From assembly GCA_000503835.1 (NCBI GenBank), contig CP006914.1:593680-657679 (forward strand): a stretch of 64,000 nt of DNA. Direction: 5' to 3'. Below are positions 10,226-20,658 of this stretch, one piece after another. The notes below the pieces were generated by a model, which was given only the letters and a program-made list of their open reading frames with translations, ran no database searches and was not told the origin of the DNA. Position numbers and translations under genes: made by a program. Source of the DNA: a candidate division WWE3 bacterium RAAC2_WWE3_1 (GTDB taxonomy: Bacteria; Patescibacteriota; WWE3; UBA101185; UBA10185). Position 1 is the first letter of the stretch, and each line of letters begins with the position of its first letter.

Positions 10226-11564
10226 TATTTAGATTGTATCCCATGGACAGAGCCTTTGATACAGCCTCGCTCAAACTTTTGGCAGTTTCGGGGGAGATGA
10301 TTCTTTCAAACCCGAGCTTTTTTGCTTCTTTCGATCTTTTTTCGGTGTGGGACACTCTTCTTATCTCGCCGTTCAAGCCTACTTCGCCGTATACTACGCT
10401 TTTCTCCTTTATCGGCAAGTCTTTAACGGAAGAAATAACAGCGAGGCAAACGGCTAGATCTGCGGCGTACTCACTTATCTTAAAACCCCCCGCGACATTC
10501 AGATATATGTCATGTCCGCTAAGGTCAATGCCGGTTCTTTTCTCTATCGTCGCTACCAGCACCTGGAGACGGTTGGCATTAAAACCGCTGGCAGTCCTTC
10601 TCGGATATCCGAAACTGGTTCTTACCGTCAACGCCTGTACTTCAAACAAAAGCGGCCTGTACCCTTCCATAACGACCGTTACACAGGAGCCTGAAGTTCC
10701 GGCAACATGCTCTTCTAAAAATAGCTCCGACGGGTTTTTGACCTCTTTCATGCCCTTTTCCTGCATTTCGAATATTCCGACCTCCGATACCGGACCGAAG
10801 CGGTTTTTAGTTGTCCTAAGCATTCTGAACATGTGTTGGGGATCACCTTCAAGATATAAGATGGTATCGACTATATGCTCCAGTACTTTGGGACCGGCCA
10901 CAACCCCCTCCTTATTTACGTGTCCCACAAGCACAACCGGGATTCCGGTACGTTTTGCGGCCATAGTTATAAGCTGGGTACAGCCTCGTACCTGCGGAAG
11001 TGAACCTGAAATACCGGCAATTTCTTCCGAATAGATAGTTTGAACCGAATCCACTATCACTAATGCCAGGTCTTTTGTTAATTCGAGCGCCGAGATTATC
11101 TGCTCTACTCCGGATTCCTGCAGGATAAATAAATTTTCGGCCGGATATCCCATTCTTTCTGCCCTTATTTTAATTTGATCGGGACTTTCTTCCCCCGCAA
11201 CATAAAGAATTTTTTGCGTACCGAGACTCTTAGAAATGTCCGTAAGGATAGTGCTCTTTCCTATGCCCGGCTCTCCAGCCAGTAAAACTACCTGTCCGGG
11301 AACAAATCCCCCTCCGAGCACTCTGTCGAACTCGGAAATGTTGGACGAAAGTCTTTTTATATTTTTTGTGGATATTTTGGAAAGTTGGATCGGTGTCGCG
11401 CCGGCATTTTTTCCCGCGCGGGAACCTGACCTGGAAATTTGGTTCACAGCCACTACATCCTCTACAAACGTGTTCCATTCCCTACACTGGGGACACTGTC
11501 CAACCCAATGAGAGGATTGGTAGTTACAGTTCTGGCATGTATACACCGTTCTGATCTTAGGCAT
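10161..11564 (-). CDS. radA: DNA repair protein RadA/Sms.
   Basis: N-terminal C4 zinc finger (CQNCNYQSSHWVGQCPQCREW). RecA-like Walker A (GEPGIGKST). Lon-protease-like C-terminal domain. Confidence 0.9.
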   Translation of the reverse strand: MPKIRTVYTCQNCNYQSSHWVGQCPQCREWNTFVEDVVAVNQISRSGSRAGKNAGATPIQLSKISTKNIKRLSSNISEFDRVLGGGFVPGQVVLLAGEPGIGKSTILTDISKSLGTQKILYVAGEESPDQIKIRAERMGYPAENLFILQESGVEQIISALELTKDLALVIVDSVQTIYSEEIAGISGSLPQVRGCTQLITMAAKRTGIPVVLVGHVNKEGVVAGPKVLEHIVDTILYLEGDPQHMFRMLRTTKNRFGPVSEVGIFEMQEKGMKEVKNPSELFLEEHVAGTSGSCVTVVMEGYRPLLFEVQALTVRTSFGYPRRTASGFNANRLQVLVATIEKRTGIDLSGHDIYLNVAGGFKISEYAADLAVCLAVISSVKDLPIKEKSVVYGEVGLNGEIRRVSHTEKRSKEAKKLGFERIISPETAKSLSEAVSKALSMGYNLNSGKRIKQTTTKTKGDSSTEGV

Positions 11565-11573
11565 ACTAGTATC

Positions 11574-13919
11574 TTAGCAATTTTTGGCCTTTTTGGCGGA
11601 TATATTTATATCCCCGCCGGATATCGAGGCACACAGAGACAGCGGCCTTTTCTCATGATGTAAAAGGTACTCGGCCAACGAATCTACGAGCTCTTTCTCC
11701 AGTGTCCTTCTAAGGGCTCTTGCTCCGTATTCCAGGGAGCCGCCCTTCTCCAGCAAGTACTCCTTCACCTCTTTGGAAACCGCCAAAGTAATATTTTGGG
11801 CTTTAATAGTAGTATTTATCTCCCTTATGAGTAACTCTAATACTCTTAGCTGGTTATCTCTTTGCAACCGCTTGAAAATAATGACCTCATCGAACCTGTT
11901 CATGAGCTCGGGCTTCAATATCTTTTTTAAATTATTTCTAAGTCTTCCTTCGACCGATTTGTCACTGATGGTCTTTTCCTCGAAACCTATCTCATTATTG
12001 TGCAATATCTCGGTACCCAAATTGCTGGTAAGTATGACAACCGCACGTGAAAAATCGTAAGCTGTGCCCTTGGCATCCACAAGCTCCCCCTCCTCCATAA
12101 TCTGGAGCAGGACGTTTAAAACATCCGGGTGTGCCTTTTCTATTTCGTCGAATAGCACAACACTGTCCGGTTTTGTTTCTATTTTCGATGTCAGTTCGCC
12201 ACCTTCACCGTAACCGACATACCCAGGGGGAGCACCTACCAATCTAGCAACATTATGCTTCTCCGAGAAGTCGCTCATGTCTAACCTTATGAGAGATTTG
12301 GAACCGAAGAACAGGTCGGCCAAGACCTTGGCCATTTCTGTCTTTCCCACACCCGTGGGCCCCAGGAACAAAAAGTTTCCGATCGGTCTTTTCCTTGACC
12401 TAAGCCCCAGCCTTGAGCGAACCAGACTTTTTGCGACCGAATTTACAGCCTCGTCCTGTCCAACTATCCTGGCTCTTATTTTCTCCGAAAGCAGTGACAG
12501 ATTTTTCAACCCGGCCTTGTCCTCATCTAAGTCTCTTTCTTCTCTAAAAACGGACACCGCTTCATTAACATCGTCCGAGGTCATCTTCAGCCTTTTTTCC
12601 GGAATAAATATCTTTTCCTCTTTAGAAGACAGTTTTTGGTCATAGTTTTTGATCTTTTTTCTCAGATGCAGAGCCTTTTCGTACTTACCCTCATCCAGAG
12701 TCGCCTGAAGCTGGGTAAGAACATCAAACCTTTTATCCACCATATCCTTGTAGCTTTCGGGAATTCTGCTCTTTTTGAGGATAACGAATGTACAGCAGTG
12801 GTCCATAAGATCCACGCCTTTTTGTGGAAATTTATCATCGCTCTCAAGTTCTTTGGCCTTTTTGTAAATGAGGTTAACCATGGTCTTCGTTATGTCGACA
12901 TTGTGAAATTCACTTAAATAAAGGGCGGTGCTTTCCAATATTTTCTGGGTCTCCTTTTCTGTAGGCTCTATCACCTCGATCGTCCCGAAATCCTCAAGAA
13001 TGTGTTCATTATCGGCGCCGAGCTTTTCGTATAAGGTAGAGGACATCGTCGCAATTATTTTTATATCGGAGTTGTCCAAAGCTGACTTAAACATCGAGTA
13101 AAAAATTGGCATGGAAAACCCCATAGCCGTGGCAAAAAAAGAGTTTTGAAAGTTTTTTATAAAAAGTATTACACGGTTCAAGGAACGGAGTTCATCCGAT
13201 AACTGTGCGAGACCGGTCTCTACACCGCTCTTGTTCATTAAACTGGTCATAAAAGCCAGCATGTCGAACTCTATAACCTGGTATCCCACCAGTGCGGGCG
13301 GGACGTCAAGAGAAGAGATGTTCCGCGCTAAAAGCTCAACAAGGGCTCTTTTTCCGACACCCGGTTCGCCGAGTATCAGAACATTAGGTGTGTTCTTTAA
13401 TAGAAGCGAGGCTACTAAAGATTCATAAACCGTCCTATACACAAGCGGTTTATCCATATTGCGTACTGTTTTTTGATTGAGATTTTCTCCGAAAGTGTCA
13501 AGTATGGGGGTCTTTTTATTCTTATCGATAGACTTTACGGTATTCGGGAAAACACTCAATTTTATAAGCTCGAAACGAAGCCGGTTAAAATCAGGAGAAT
13601 CACACATTTTAAAAAGAGCCAGAATAAGGTGTTCTGTCCCCACGTACATGTGTTCAAAATTTGCTGCCTGTACAAAAGCTTCGCGTGTCAGATCGTTCAG
13701 TGAAACCATTTTTCTCTTGTTAAGATTGTGAATCCCGAGCGATTGAAGGATAGTATTACCCATTCCGTTCTCTTCCGTTATAGCAACAAGAACTTTGGCA
13801 CTTGAGATAGCCTCCTTCTCAGGAAGTTTAAGCAGAACCGCTTTTGCTCTTTGTGTAAGTCTATCTATTAGCATTATTTGCAAATCCCCTGCCTCGGAAG
13901 GCAGGGGATAGAAGTTCAA
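11574..13919 (-). CDS. clpC: ClpC-like AAA+ chaperone (Clp ATPase). The D1 Walker B motif is degenerate.
   Basis: Clp-N repeats are present. D1 Walker A is GEPGVGKRAL, but D1 Walker B reads ILFIKNF rather than hhhhDE. D2 Walker A is GPTGVGKTE and D2 Walker B is VVLFDEIEKAHP. An IGF loop for ClpP docking is present. Confidence 0.85.
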   Translation of the reverse strand: MNFYPLPSEAGDLQIMLIDRLTQRAKAVLLKLPEKEAISSAKVLVAITEENGMGNTILQSLGIHNLNKRKMVSLNDLTREAFVQAANFEHMYVGTEHLILALFKMCDSPDFNRLRFELIKLSVFPNTVKSIDKNKKTPILDTFGENLNQKTVRNMDKPLVYRTVYESLVASLLLKNTPNVLILGEPGVGKRALVELLARNISSLDVPPALVGYQVIEFDMLAFMTSLMNKSGVETGLAQLSDELRSLNRVILFIKNFQNSFFATAMGFSMPIFYSMFKSALDNSDIKIIATMSSTLYEKLGADNEHILEDFGTIEVIEPTEKETQKILESTALYLSEFHNVDITKTMVNLIYKKAKELESDDKFPQKGVDLMDHCCTFVILKKSRIPESYKDMVDKRFDVLTQLQATLDEGKYEKALHLRKKIKNYDQKLSSKEEKIFIPEKRLKMTSDDVNEAVSVFREERDLDEDKAGLKNLSLLSEKIRARIVGQDEAVNSVAKSLVRSRLGLRSRKRPIGNFLFLGPTGVGKTEMAKVLADLFFGSKSLIRLDMSDFSEKHNVARLVGAPPGYVGYGEGGELTSKIETKPDSVVLFDEIEKAHPDVLNVLLQIMEEGELVDAKGTAYDFSRAVVILTSNLGTEILHNNEIGFEEKTISDKSVEGRLRNNLKKILKPELMNRFDEVIIFKRLQRDNQLRVLELLIREINTTIKAQNITLAVSKEVKEYLLEKGGSLEYGARALRRTLEKELVDSLAEYLLHHEKRPLSLCASISGGDINISAKKAKNC

Positions 13920-13935
13920 ATCCTTAGTAAAGTAC

Positions 13936-15042
13936 TTATTTCTGTGATCTTGTACTTAGCGCAAGCTTTTGGTTGGTACCATCAACCTGTATAACGATGG
14001 CCTCCACCTCGTCGCCCTCTTTTAAAGGCCCCGCTGCCTCGGACACGTGTATAAGGCCATCCAGGCCCTTTTCTATCGTCACAAAAGCTCCGAACGGAAC
14101 AACTTTGCTGACGATACCCTTAACCTTAGTTCCTACCGGGTAGCTTTTTTCCACAGTTTCCCACGGATTTGGAGTAAGTCTTTTTACGCTTAAAGCAAGC
14201 TTCTTGCTCTGATCGTCAACTCCCAGAACCATAACTTTAACCGTTTGACCCACTGAAAAATATGAGGAAGGATTATTTACCTTTTCCCAGGCTATTTCAC
14301 TGATGTGAACCAAACCTTCTACTCCATCCAGATCTATAAAGACCCCGAACGGCATTATTCCGGTTACTATACCTTCCAGAGTCGTACCCGCGGCTATTTC
14401 CTGTAGTCTTTTCTCCCTGCTCTCGTCACTGTATGTACTCAAAGCATCTTTTTCCGACAGTACGAAGCGGTTCTTTAGAGGGTCGAGCTCTATCACCTTT
14501 ACCTTTATAACCTTTCCGGCCAAGGCCTTTAGCGACTCCTTCAACTCTGCCTCGCTTCCGGCTGCGAACTTTGCTATATCGTTTGCAAAATGGCTTCTAT
14601 CAAGGTGAGAAAGGGGGATAAAACCCCGTAATCCTAAGCAATCGGTTAAGAGACCTCCTTTGTTGTACTCGATGATGGTAGCTTCCAGAACAGAACCTGT
14701 AGCAAGAGCGTCTTCAGCACCCTTCCATTTTTTGTCCTTTTCAGCCTTTCTCAGCGAAAGGACTATGTAACCCTGCTGATTTTCGGCCTGTACAACCTTG
14801 GCAAAGATTGTGTCTCCAACCTTTAAGTGCTTAAAAGACTCGTCGGCATCCGACAAGTCTGAGCCCGAAACGACACCTTCAGACTTTGCCCCCACGTCGA
14901 GCAAAACCTCACTGTGTGAAACACTGACAACAATGCCTTCTACTAAATCTCCGGGCCTAAGATCTTTCATCTGTAGATCTTTATCGGTAAGCAGTTTTGC
15001 CATAGCCGACCCCGGCTTGTGAACCTTTGATGATTTTGACAT
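13936..15042 (-). CDS. rpsA: 30S ribosomal protein S1.
   Basis: Several S1 domains (GDLVEGIVVSV, GSVLEATIIEY, GTTLEGIVTGIMPFGVFIDL, GTKVKGIVSKVVPFGAFVTIE). The ORF is open to 15198. I chose the internal Met (MSKSSKVHK) at 15042 because the upstream extension is basic and unconserved. Confidence 0.8.
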   Translation of the reverse strand: MSKSSKVHKPGSAMAKLLTDKDLQMKDLRPGDLVEGIVVSVSHSEVLLDVGAKSEGVVSGSDLSDADESFKHLKVGDTIFAKVVQAENQQGYIVLSLRKAEKDKKWKGAEDALATGSVLEATIIEYNKGGLLTDCLGLRGFIPLSHLDRSHFANDIAKFAAGSEAELKESLKALAGKVIKVKVIELDPLKNRFVLSEKDALSTYSDESREKRLQEIAAGTTLEGIVTGIMPFGVFIDLDGVEGLVHISEIAWEKVNNPSSYFSVGQTVKVMVLGVDDQSKKLALSVKRLTPNPWETVEKSYPVGTKVKGIVSKVVPFGAFVTIEKGLDGLIHVSEAAGPLKEGDEVEAIVIQVDGTNQKLALSTRSQK

Positions 15043-15220
15043 TTTTCGGGTATTTGCTTTTTCGGGCTTCCTTCGTATTTCTACCGGAAACCTTCTCAAG
15101 CAAAAACCTCCTTTCTTCCTATCTTTATAGAAGGGAACGGGGAGATTATAACGTGAAAAAATGGGGAAATCCAGCCTTTTCGGGTAGTCTTGTCGCAATA
15201 GACAATAAAAGGTTAGAATT

Positions 15221-16573
15221 ATGAATATGGGACTTGAAACTATGTCTTTTGAACCTGACTCAGAAGAAGAATATCAGCAACAAGCTATGGATTTGGTTGG
15301 TGACAGAAGAAGAGCCGAAGAAAGAAACTCTGAACATCAAACCGAACCCATCGAAAGTAATAATGACATTAAGGACGACGGAGAAAATTCTGAAAAATTA
15401 TCTTCATTGGTAGAAGATGCTCTTGCCTTACAAACACTTGTAGAGGAAGGGAACGATTCGAAGAAACCTGAAAACGCAACTGATGTTGAAAATGTTCCTG
15501 CTGGAATTGAAACCAGGTACGATACTGCGGTTACCGTTACGGAAAGGCCACACCGTGCAACTTCTCCTGAGGGAATTGAATGGCAGAAAAAAGACTCTGA
15601 ATTAAAATCAGATTTGTACGAAAAAAACGAAGCTTGGGCAACGAGCCCCACACAACAAAACTACCAAGCTTATATAGAGTCGTACGACACGCTTGCGCGT
15701 CACAACACGTCGGCATGGCATAACGATGCCCTTACCAAAGAAGGTGTTTACAGCCAGTACATGACGAATGCACAAAAACCCATGATAGACAAAGTCGAGC
15801 GATCTATATTGATGTCGGGAAATTTATATTTCAATCAGACAAAGCCCGACAAAATAACAGATCAAGAAATGGAAGATATTGCGAAGACACTTATGTGGGA
15901 AAGATTAAAAAACCCGGCAGTCGTAGATTTCGAATTCGCTCAAGGGTTCAGAGTAAATTTGTGGGTGATGCGTGAGGAGACAAGAAAATTGTTGGAAGAA
16001 AAGGTACGGAAATTGGGAGGAAATAATTACAACCATCTACCACACCCAGAAGCGGACGGACACCATCCAACCCCGCCGGCAGGTGAGACTGCCGAGCCCA
16101 TAACAAACATTGGTCAGGCCGAAAGTTCAGAAGATATTGTCGAAACAACTGGACAAGAACCGGAAGAGGAGACGGGTCCGGAAAATGAGGAAACAAGATA
16201 CGCGCGGATCCTTAAAAGGATTAGAAAAAATGGAATAACGGGAGAACAAGACCGCGAAGAGTGGGCTGAAACCATCGATCACCTTTTGGAACTTAACGAT
16301 CCTGAAAAAGCACGGGAACTTGCTCAGGAACGTATCAATGGGGCGGAGAGGCTAGAGTGGGAAGGTAACAATAATAATAAGATGGTCAACGCACTTATAC
16401 TGGCTGCCGCCATTAGAAAACGGGAAGAGATGCAAAAAGATGCAAAATCCCAGGAAGATCAGAAAATATTTTTGGAACAGTATTTAAAGAATCTTCTAGG
16501 ACAAGAAGCTGATGAAAGAGAAGTTGCAGAATTTCTTAAACAAACGACAGAGTTGAAAAATGTTCACGCATAG
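15221..16573 (+). CDS. Highly acidic hypothetical protein of 450 aa with no TM helix.
   Basis: Long uninterrupted ORF, Glu/Asp/Asn-rich, with an AAAGG SD-like sequence 9 nt upstream. No recognisable domain. It converges on the 5S rRNA 3' end. Confidence 0.55.
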   Translation: MNMGLETMSFEPDSEEEYQQQAMDLVGDRRRAEERNSEHQTEPIESNNDIKDDGENSEKLSSLVEDALALQTLVEEGNDSKKPENATDVENVPAGIETRYDTAVTVTERPHRATSPEGIEWQKKDSELKSDLYEKNEAWATSPTQQNYQAYIESYDTLARHNTSAWHNDALTKEGVYSQYMTNAQKPMIDKVERSILMSGNLYFNQTKPDKITDQEMEDIAKTLMWERLKNPAVVDFEFAQGFRVNLWVMREETRKLLEEKVRKLGGNNYNHLPHPEADGHHPTPPAGETAEPITNIGQAESSEDIVETTGQEPEEETGPENEETRYARILKRIRKNGITGEQDREEWAETIDHLLELNDPEKARELAQERINGAERLEWEGNNNNKMVNALILAAAIRKREEMQKDAKSQEDQKIFLEQYLKNLLGQEADEREVAEFLKQTTELKNVHA

Positions 16574-16597
16574 TACGCATTGAATAAAGCTTTGGAA

Positions 16598-16711
16598 ACA
16601 GACAAAACCCCGGCGACGACCTTAGTTCGATGCTATAGCACGAAATGCTATGGTTCGAACGAGGTTCAGCATATTAAGTAAATTCAAACTAAGGTTATAA
16701 ATAAAAGCTAC

Positions 16712-16730
<19 letters not shown>
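16598..16730. repeat. 25-bp direct repeat (ACAGACAAAACCCCGGCGACGACCT, two copies) bracketing an 83-bp hairpin-containing segment. The second copy is the 3' terminus of the 5S rRNA.
   Basis: There are exact copies at 16598..16622 and 16706..16730. Between them lies the hairpin GTTCGATGCTATAGCACGAAATGCTATGGTTCGAAC. Confidence 0.8.
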
Positions 16731-16855
<125 letters not shown>

Positions 16856-17455
16856 CAATATTTGGATTTCAAAAAACTTTTCAAACACTAACAACTAACT
16901 TTGTTAGAACTTTTCCAGCCCCGGAAGCGGAATATAACATAAACCGCCCTAACCGAAAACTATTAAAGCTCTCTAAAAACCAAACAGAAAGTCAGATAAT
17001 CACAAAAATTCAACAACAATCCGAAAGTTTCCGCAGAATAAATCCTGCGAAAAAATGTACTAAAGATTCACAAATAATTAGTACCGCTTGGCTGAACACA
17101 TTGCTGTGCTTACACCTACGGCCTATCAACCTGGTAGTCTCCCAGGAATTGTGTCCGCTTAAAGCGGAACGGCTCTAATCTTGAGGTTTGCTTCGTGCTT
17201 AGATGCTTTCAGCACTTATCAAGTCAGGACGTAGCTACCCAGCAATGCCCTTGGTAGAACAACTGGTACACTAGAGGTTCTGTCATTCCGGTCCTCTCGT
17301 ACTAGGAATGAGTCCTCTCAAAGCCAAACGCTCGTTGTGGAAAGAGACCGAACTGTCTCACGACGTTCTTAACCCATCTAACGCGCCACTTTAACCGGCG
17401 AACAGCCGGACCCTTGGAACCTGCTCCAGCTCCAGGATGTGACGAGACGACATCG

Positions 17456-17788
17456 CATGTAAATCAACTATCTCTAGTTGCACTGACTATATCTTCTTCC
17501 TCTTGTCTCACTTCTAAAAGTGAGAGTAGGAGTCGGCGTTTAATAAGAGTTTTTATCCCAATTTGTTGGGTACCTCCTATTTCTCCAATGACCAATACTG
17601 AGTTATATAATGGCCATTTTTTATGGATCAGTCGATACGGGGTCTTCTAATAAAATTAGAAAACTTCCCACGGTATTCTCCTTTGTTTCAAAAAGTCCGA
17701 AGACTGAATGAAATCAATTAGAAGTTCACCGTTATTAGCCGAATTTTTGGTACGAAATTACTTTCGTAGCACCCTTGATGTATGTCTA
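17456..17788 (-). mobile_element. ORF-less group I intron, 333 nt, in 23S at the position equivalent to E. coli U2500/C2501.
   Basis: It lies between exon GGCACCU and exon CGAUGUCG. Exon 1 ends in U. The intron ends in G (...GAUUUACAUG). An internal guide sequence GGGUGC near the intron's 5' end pairs perfectly with exon GCACCU to form P1, with a U.G pair at the splice site. No ORF is present. Confidence 0.6.
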
Positions 17789-17826
17789 AGGTGCCAAACC
17801 TTGCCGCCGCTATGGACGCTCGGGCA

Positions 17827-17864
<38 letters not shown>

Positions 17865-18186
17865 AAGTTCCGGGCCTACCACTAGGCACACGGAAGATCA
17901 CTAAGCCCTACTTTCGTATCTGCTCGACTTGTAGGTCTCGCAGTCAAGCTCTCATATACCTTTACGCTTACAGCGCCATTTCCATCGGCGCTAAGAGAAC
18001 CTTTGGGCTCCTGCGTTATCCTTTAGCAGGAATCCGCCCCAGATAAACTGCCCGCCAGGCATTGTCCCCTCTGCAGGTAATGCAGAGTAGTTAGGCTCTC
18101 AGAGCCAAAAGAGAGGTGTTTCATTGACGATACATACAAGTATGGATCTCCCTCCTACACTACACATTTAACACCGATTACCAATA

Positions 18187-18223
<37 letters not shown>

Positions 18224-18300
18224 AACAACGAGTAACCGGCATCTTCACCGGTAGTTCAATTTCACCGAGCTCGTGATTAAGAGAGTGCTCAAGTCGTTAT

Positions 18301-18334
<34 letters not shown>

Positions 18335-18343
18335 GATTACGCT

Positions 18344-19137
18344 TGTAATCTTCACTCGCATTTCTGCGAATTCTGGACGGTCCTTCCCTGAGAACCAATC
18401 CCTGCATGTCGCCATGCAGACGCCACTATCTCTTCTTCTGATCCAGCAGAAGCCCGACGTATAGTGAGTGGGGATTCTAAGAATTTGGGTCGCACTTTCC
18501 GATTCATCCTCATAGCCAGAGCGGCAATTTTGAATAAACCGGATACTTTGAGATGCTCTCTGTTTTTGATCATTGCCATCACCTGGCAGAATATTGCAAA
18601 ATCCTTCTTCTTATCAGACCTTAGTGAGGTTTGAGTAAAAAATGGGATTATTACATTTTGCAGATCTCGGATTGATCTAACGCAATATCTGTAAAGATCT
18701 TCATTGTGGTTATTATGTCTTCTGTTGAGATAAACATTTCCACAACCGAAAAAATCTTTGAACAAATATAAAGCATCCTTGCTTCGTGCTCCCTGAGTTA
18801 TTATAAATTCAGGAAACACTTGCCAGCCGTTTTTGCTTGTGGAGTTTTTTAAGATGCTAACTGTGAAAGCACCTTCTCCATCTGTAAAACCAACTAGCCA
18901 CCCTTCAATTCTTAGTCTTTCCTGCTGATTGTCCGCACTTGATACATTTTCACTTTGCACACCCGGATACTATCCGAATATGTTGAGTAGTCCAAGATAC
19001 TTTCCTCTATTTTAATTAGAGCCACCATGTCTTTATTGCATAAAGCATGGACGGAGTTTCCAGCATATAGTCAGGTTGCGTTTGGGCATATCCAAACGGG
19101 GTAGATCGAGCTACCCACTATGGCGGCGCGTAAATTC
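18344..19137 (-). mobile_element. Group I intron of about 794 nt in 23S at the position equivalent to E. coli U1930/A1931, carrying a LAGLIDADG homing endonuclease ORF.
   Basis: Exon 1 ends ...CUAUGGU and exon 2 resumes AGCGUAAUCCCUUGUCGGG. Joined, they recreate the conserved UAAGGUAGCGAAAUUCC block. Intron GCCAUAG pairs with exon CUAUGGU as P1, with a U.G pair at the splice site. The 3' boundary from the alignment does not leave a terminal G, so it is uncertain by a few nt. Confidence 0.7.
18352..18960 (-). CDS. LAGLIDADG-family homing endonuclease, encoded within the 23S intron.
   Basis: The 202-aa ORF has the motif LVGFTDGEGAFTVSI (the LAGLIDADG dodecapeptide). It lies entirely inside the 23S insertion. 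Its C-terminal end probably overlaps intron core structure. Confidence 0.8.
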   Translation of the reverse strand: MQSENVSSADNQQERLRIEGWLVGFTDGEGAFTVSILKNSTSKNGWQVFPEFIITQGARSKDALYLFKDFFGCGNVYLNRRHNNHNEDLYRYCVRSIRDLQNVIIPFFTQTSLRSDKKKDFAIFCQVMAMIKNREHLKVSGLFKIAALAMRMNRKVRPKFLESPLTIRRASAGSEEEIVASAWRHAGIGSQGRTVQNSQKCE

Positions 19138-19976
19138 ACCATAGAACAGTTATAGTTACTGCTGCCGTTCACCCGGGCTTAAACCAAAAGCTCATTCCAA
19201 CCGAAGTTGGAAATCACCCCCGATCTTGACCTACGGGCACTGGGCAGGCATCGGCCCCTATACATCCCATTACTGGTTTAGCAGAGACCTATGTTTTTGT
19301 TAAACAGTCGCTTGAGCCATTTTTGTGCCCCCTACCGACTCCCTGCTTACGCAGGTTCGTGGCAGGGCATCCTTTTCCCTAAGTTACGGATGTAATTTGC
19401 CTAGTTCCTCAACCACGATTCGCTCGTTCGCCTTAGTATCCTCTACTCATCTACCTGTGTCGGTTTACGGTACGAATATTGTAAGATCTCCCTAGAGAAT
19501 TTTCCTGGAAGCTTGCGTGACACCAAATTATCCGCCTTGCGGCAGACTTTCCCTAAGCTCGACGTAGCGCCCGTGCGGATTTGCCTACACAGACTGCCTT
19601 GCTTTTGGGACTCAAATCCTTAATGAGCTTGGTCCATCATGCTCCGTCCTCCCATCGGTAATAACGATCTTACAAAAGTGCAGGAATATTAACCTGCTAT
19701 CCATCGGGTACGCCTTTCGGCCTCCCCTTAGGGTCGACTAACCCTCCGATGACTGGCATTGCGGAGGAACCCTTAGATTTTCGGCGGGGTGGGTTTTCAC
19801 CACCCTTACGTTACTCATGCCAACATTCTCACTTGATGCCGCTCCAGCGCCCCTCACGGGTACACCTTCACTGCTGCATCAAAGCTCCCCTACCACTTGC
19901 TGAATAAACAGCAAATCCATAGCTTCGGTATTATGCTTGAGCCCCGTTAAATCGTCGGCGCAAAATCGTTCAACTA

Positions 19977-20027
<51 letters not shown>

Positions 20028-20627
20028 AGCTGTCTTAACGATCTCACTTCCTTGCCCACTAAGCATAATTTAGGGACCTTAGCTGATGGTCCGGGTTGTT
20101 TCCCTTTCGTGCCACGAGATTTCCCCGCAGCACTGACTCCTTGGAACACTTTGCGCATTCGGAGTTTGGTAGGGGTGGGTACACTTGCGCGCCCCATCCC
20201 CTTTCAGTATCTCTACCTCGCAAAGTTATATAACAAGGGCTTAGTCGGTAAACCGACGTAGACCTTGTAATCAAGGGCTATACCTAAATATATTTCGGGG
20301 AGAACCAGCTATTGCCAAGTTCGATTAGCGTTTCACCCCTAACCACAGCTCATCCGAGCATTTTTCCTCATACAACGGTTCGGACCTTCACCCTGATTTC
20401 GCAGGGTTTCATCCTGGCCATGGTTAGCTCACCTGGCTTCGGGTCTAATAAAATGGACTGGTCGCCCTATTAAGACTCGGTTTCCCTACGCCTCCGCCGC
20501 TGTTACGGCTTAAGCTTGCCCAATCTATTAACTCGTTGGCTCATTCTTCAATAGGCACGGCATTACCCTTACGGGCTTTGCCAGCTTGTCTGCATACGGT
20601 TTCAGTATCTATTTCACTCCCCTAACA

Positions 20628-20658
<31 letters not shown>

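Noticed and set aside
10189-11034. 281-aa plus-strand ORF antisense to radA.
   Set aside because: It lies entirely within the well-supported radA gene. Its composition is Ser/Thr/Pro-rich, typical of antisense frames.
18344-19137. Insertion sequence or transposon interrupting 23S.
   Set aside because: There are no inverted terminal repeats and no transposase. The exon junctions form a group I P1 helix, and the ORF is a homing endonuclease. An intron fits better than an IS.
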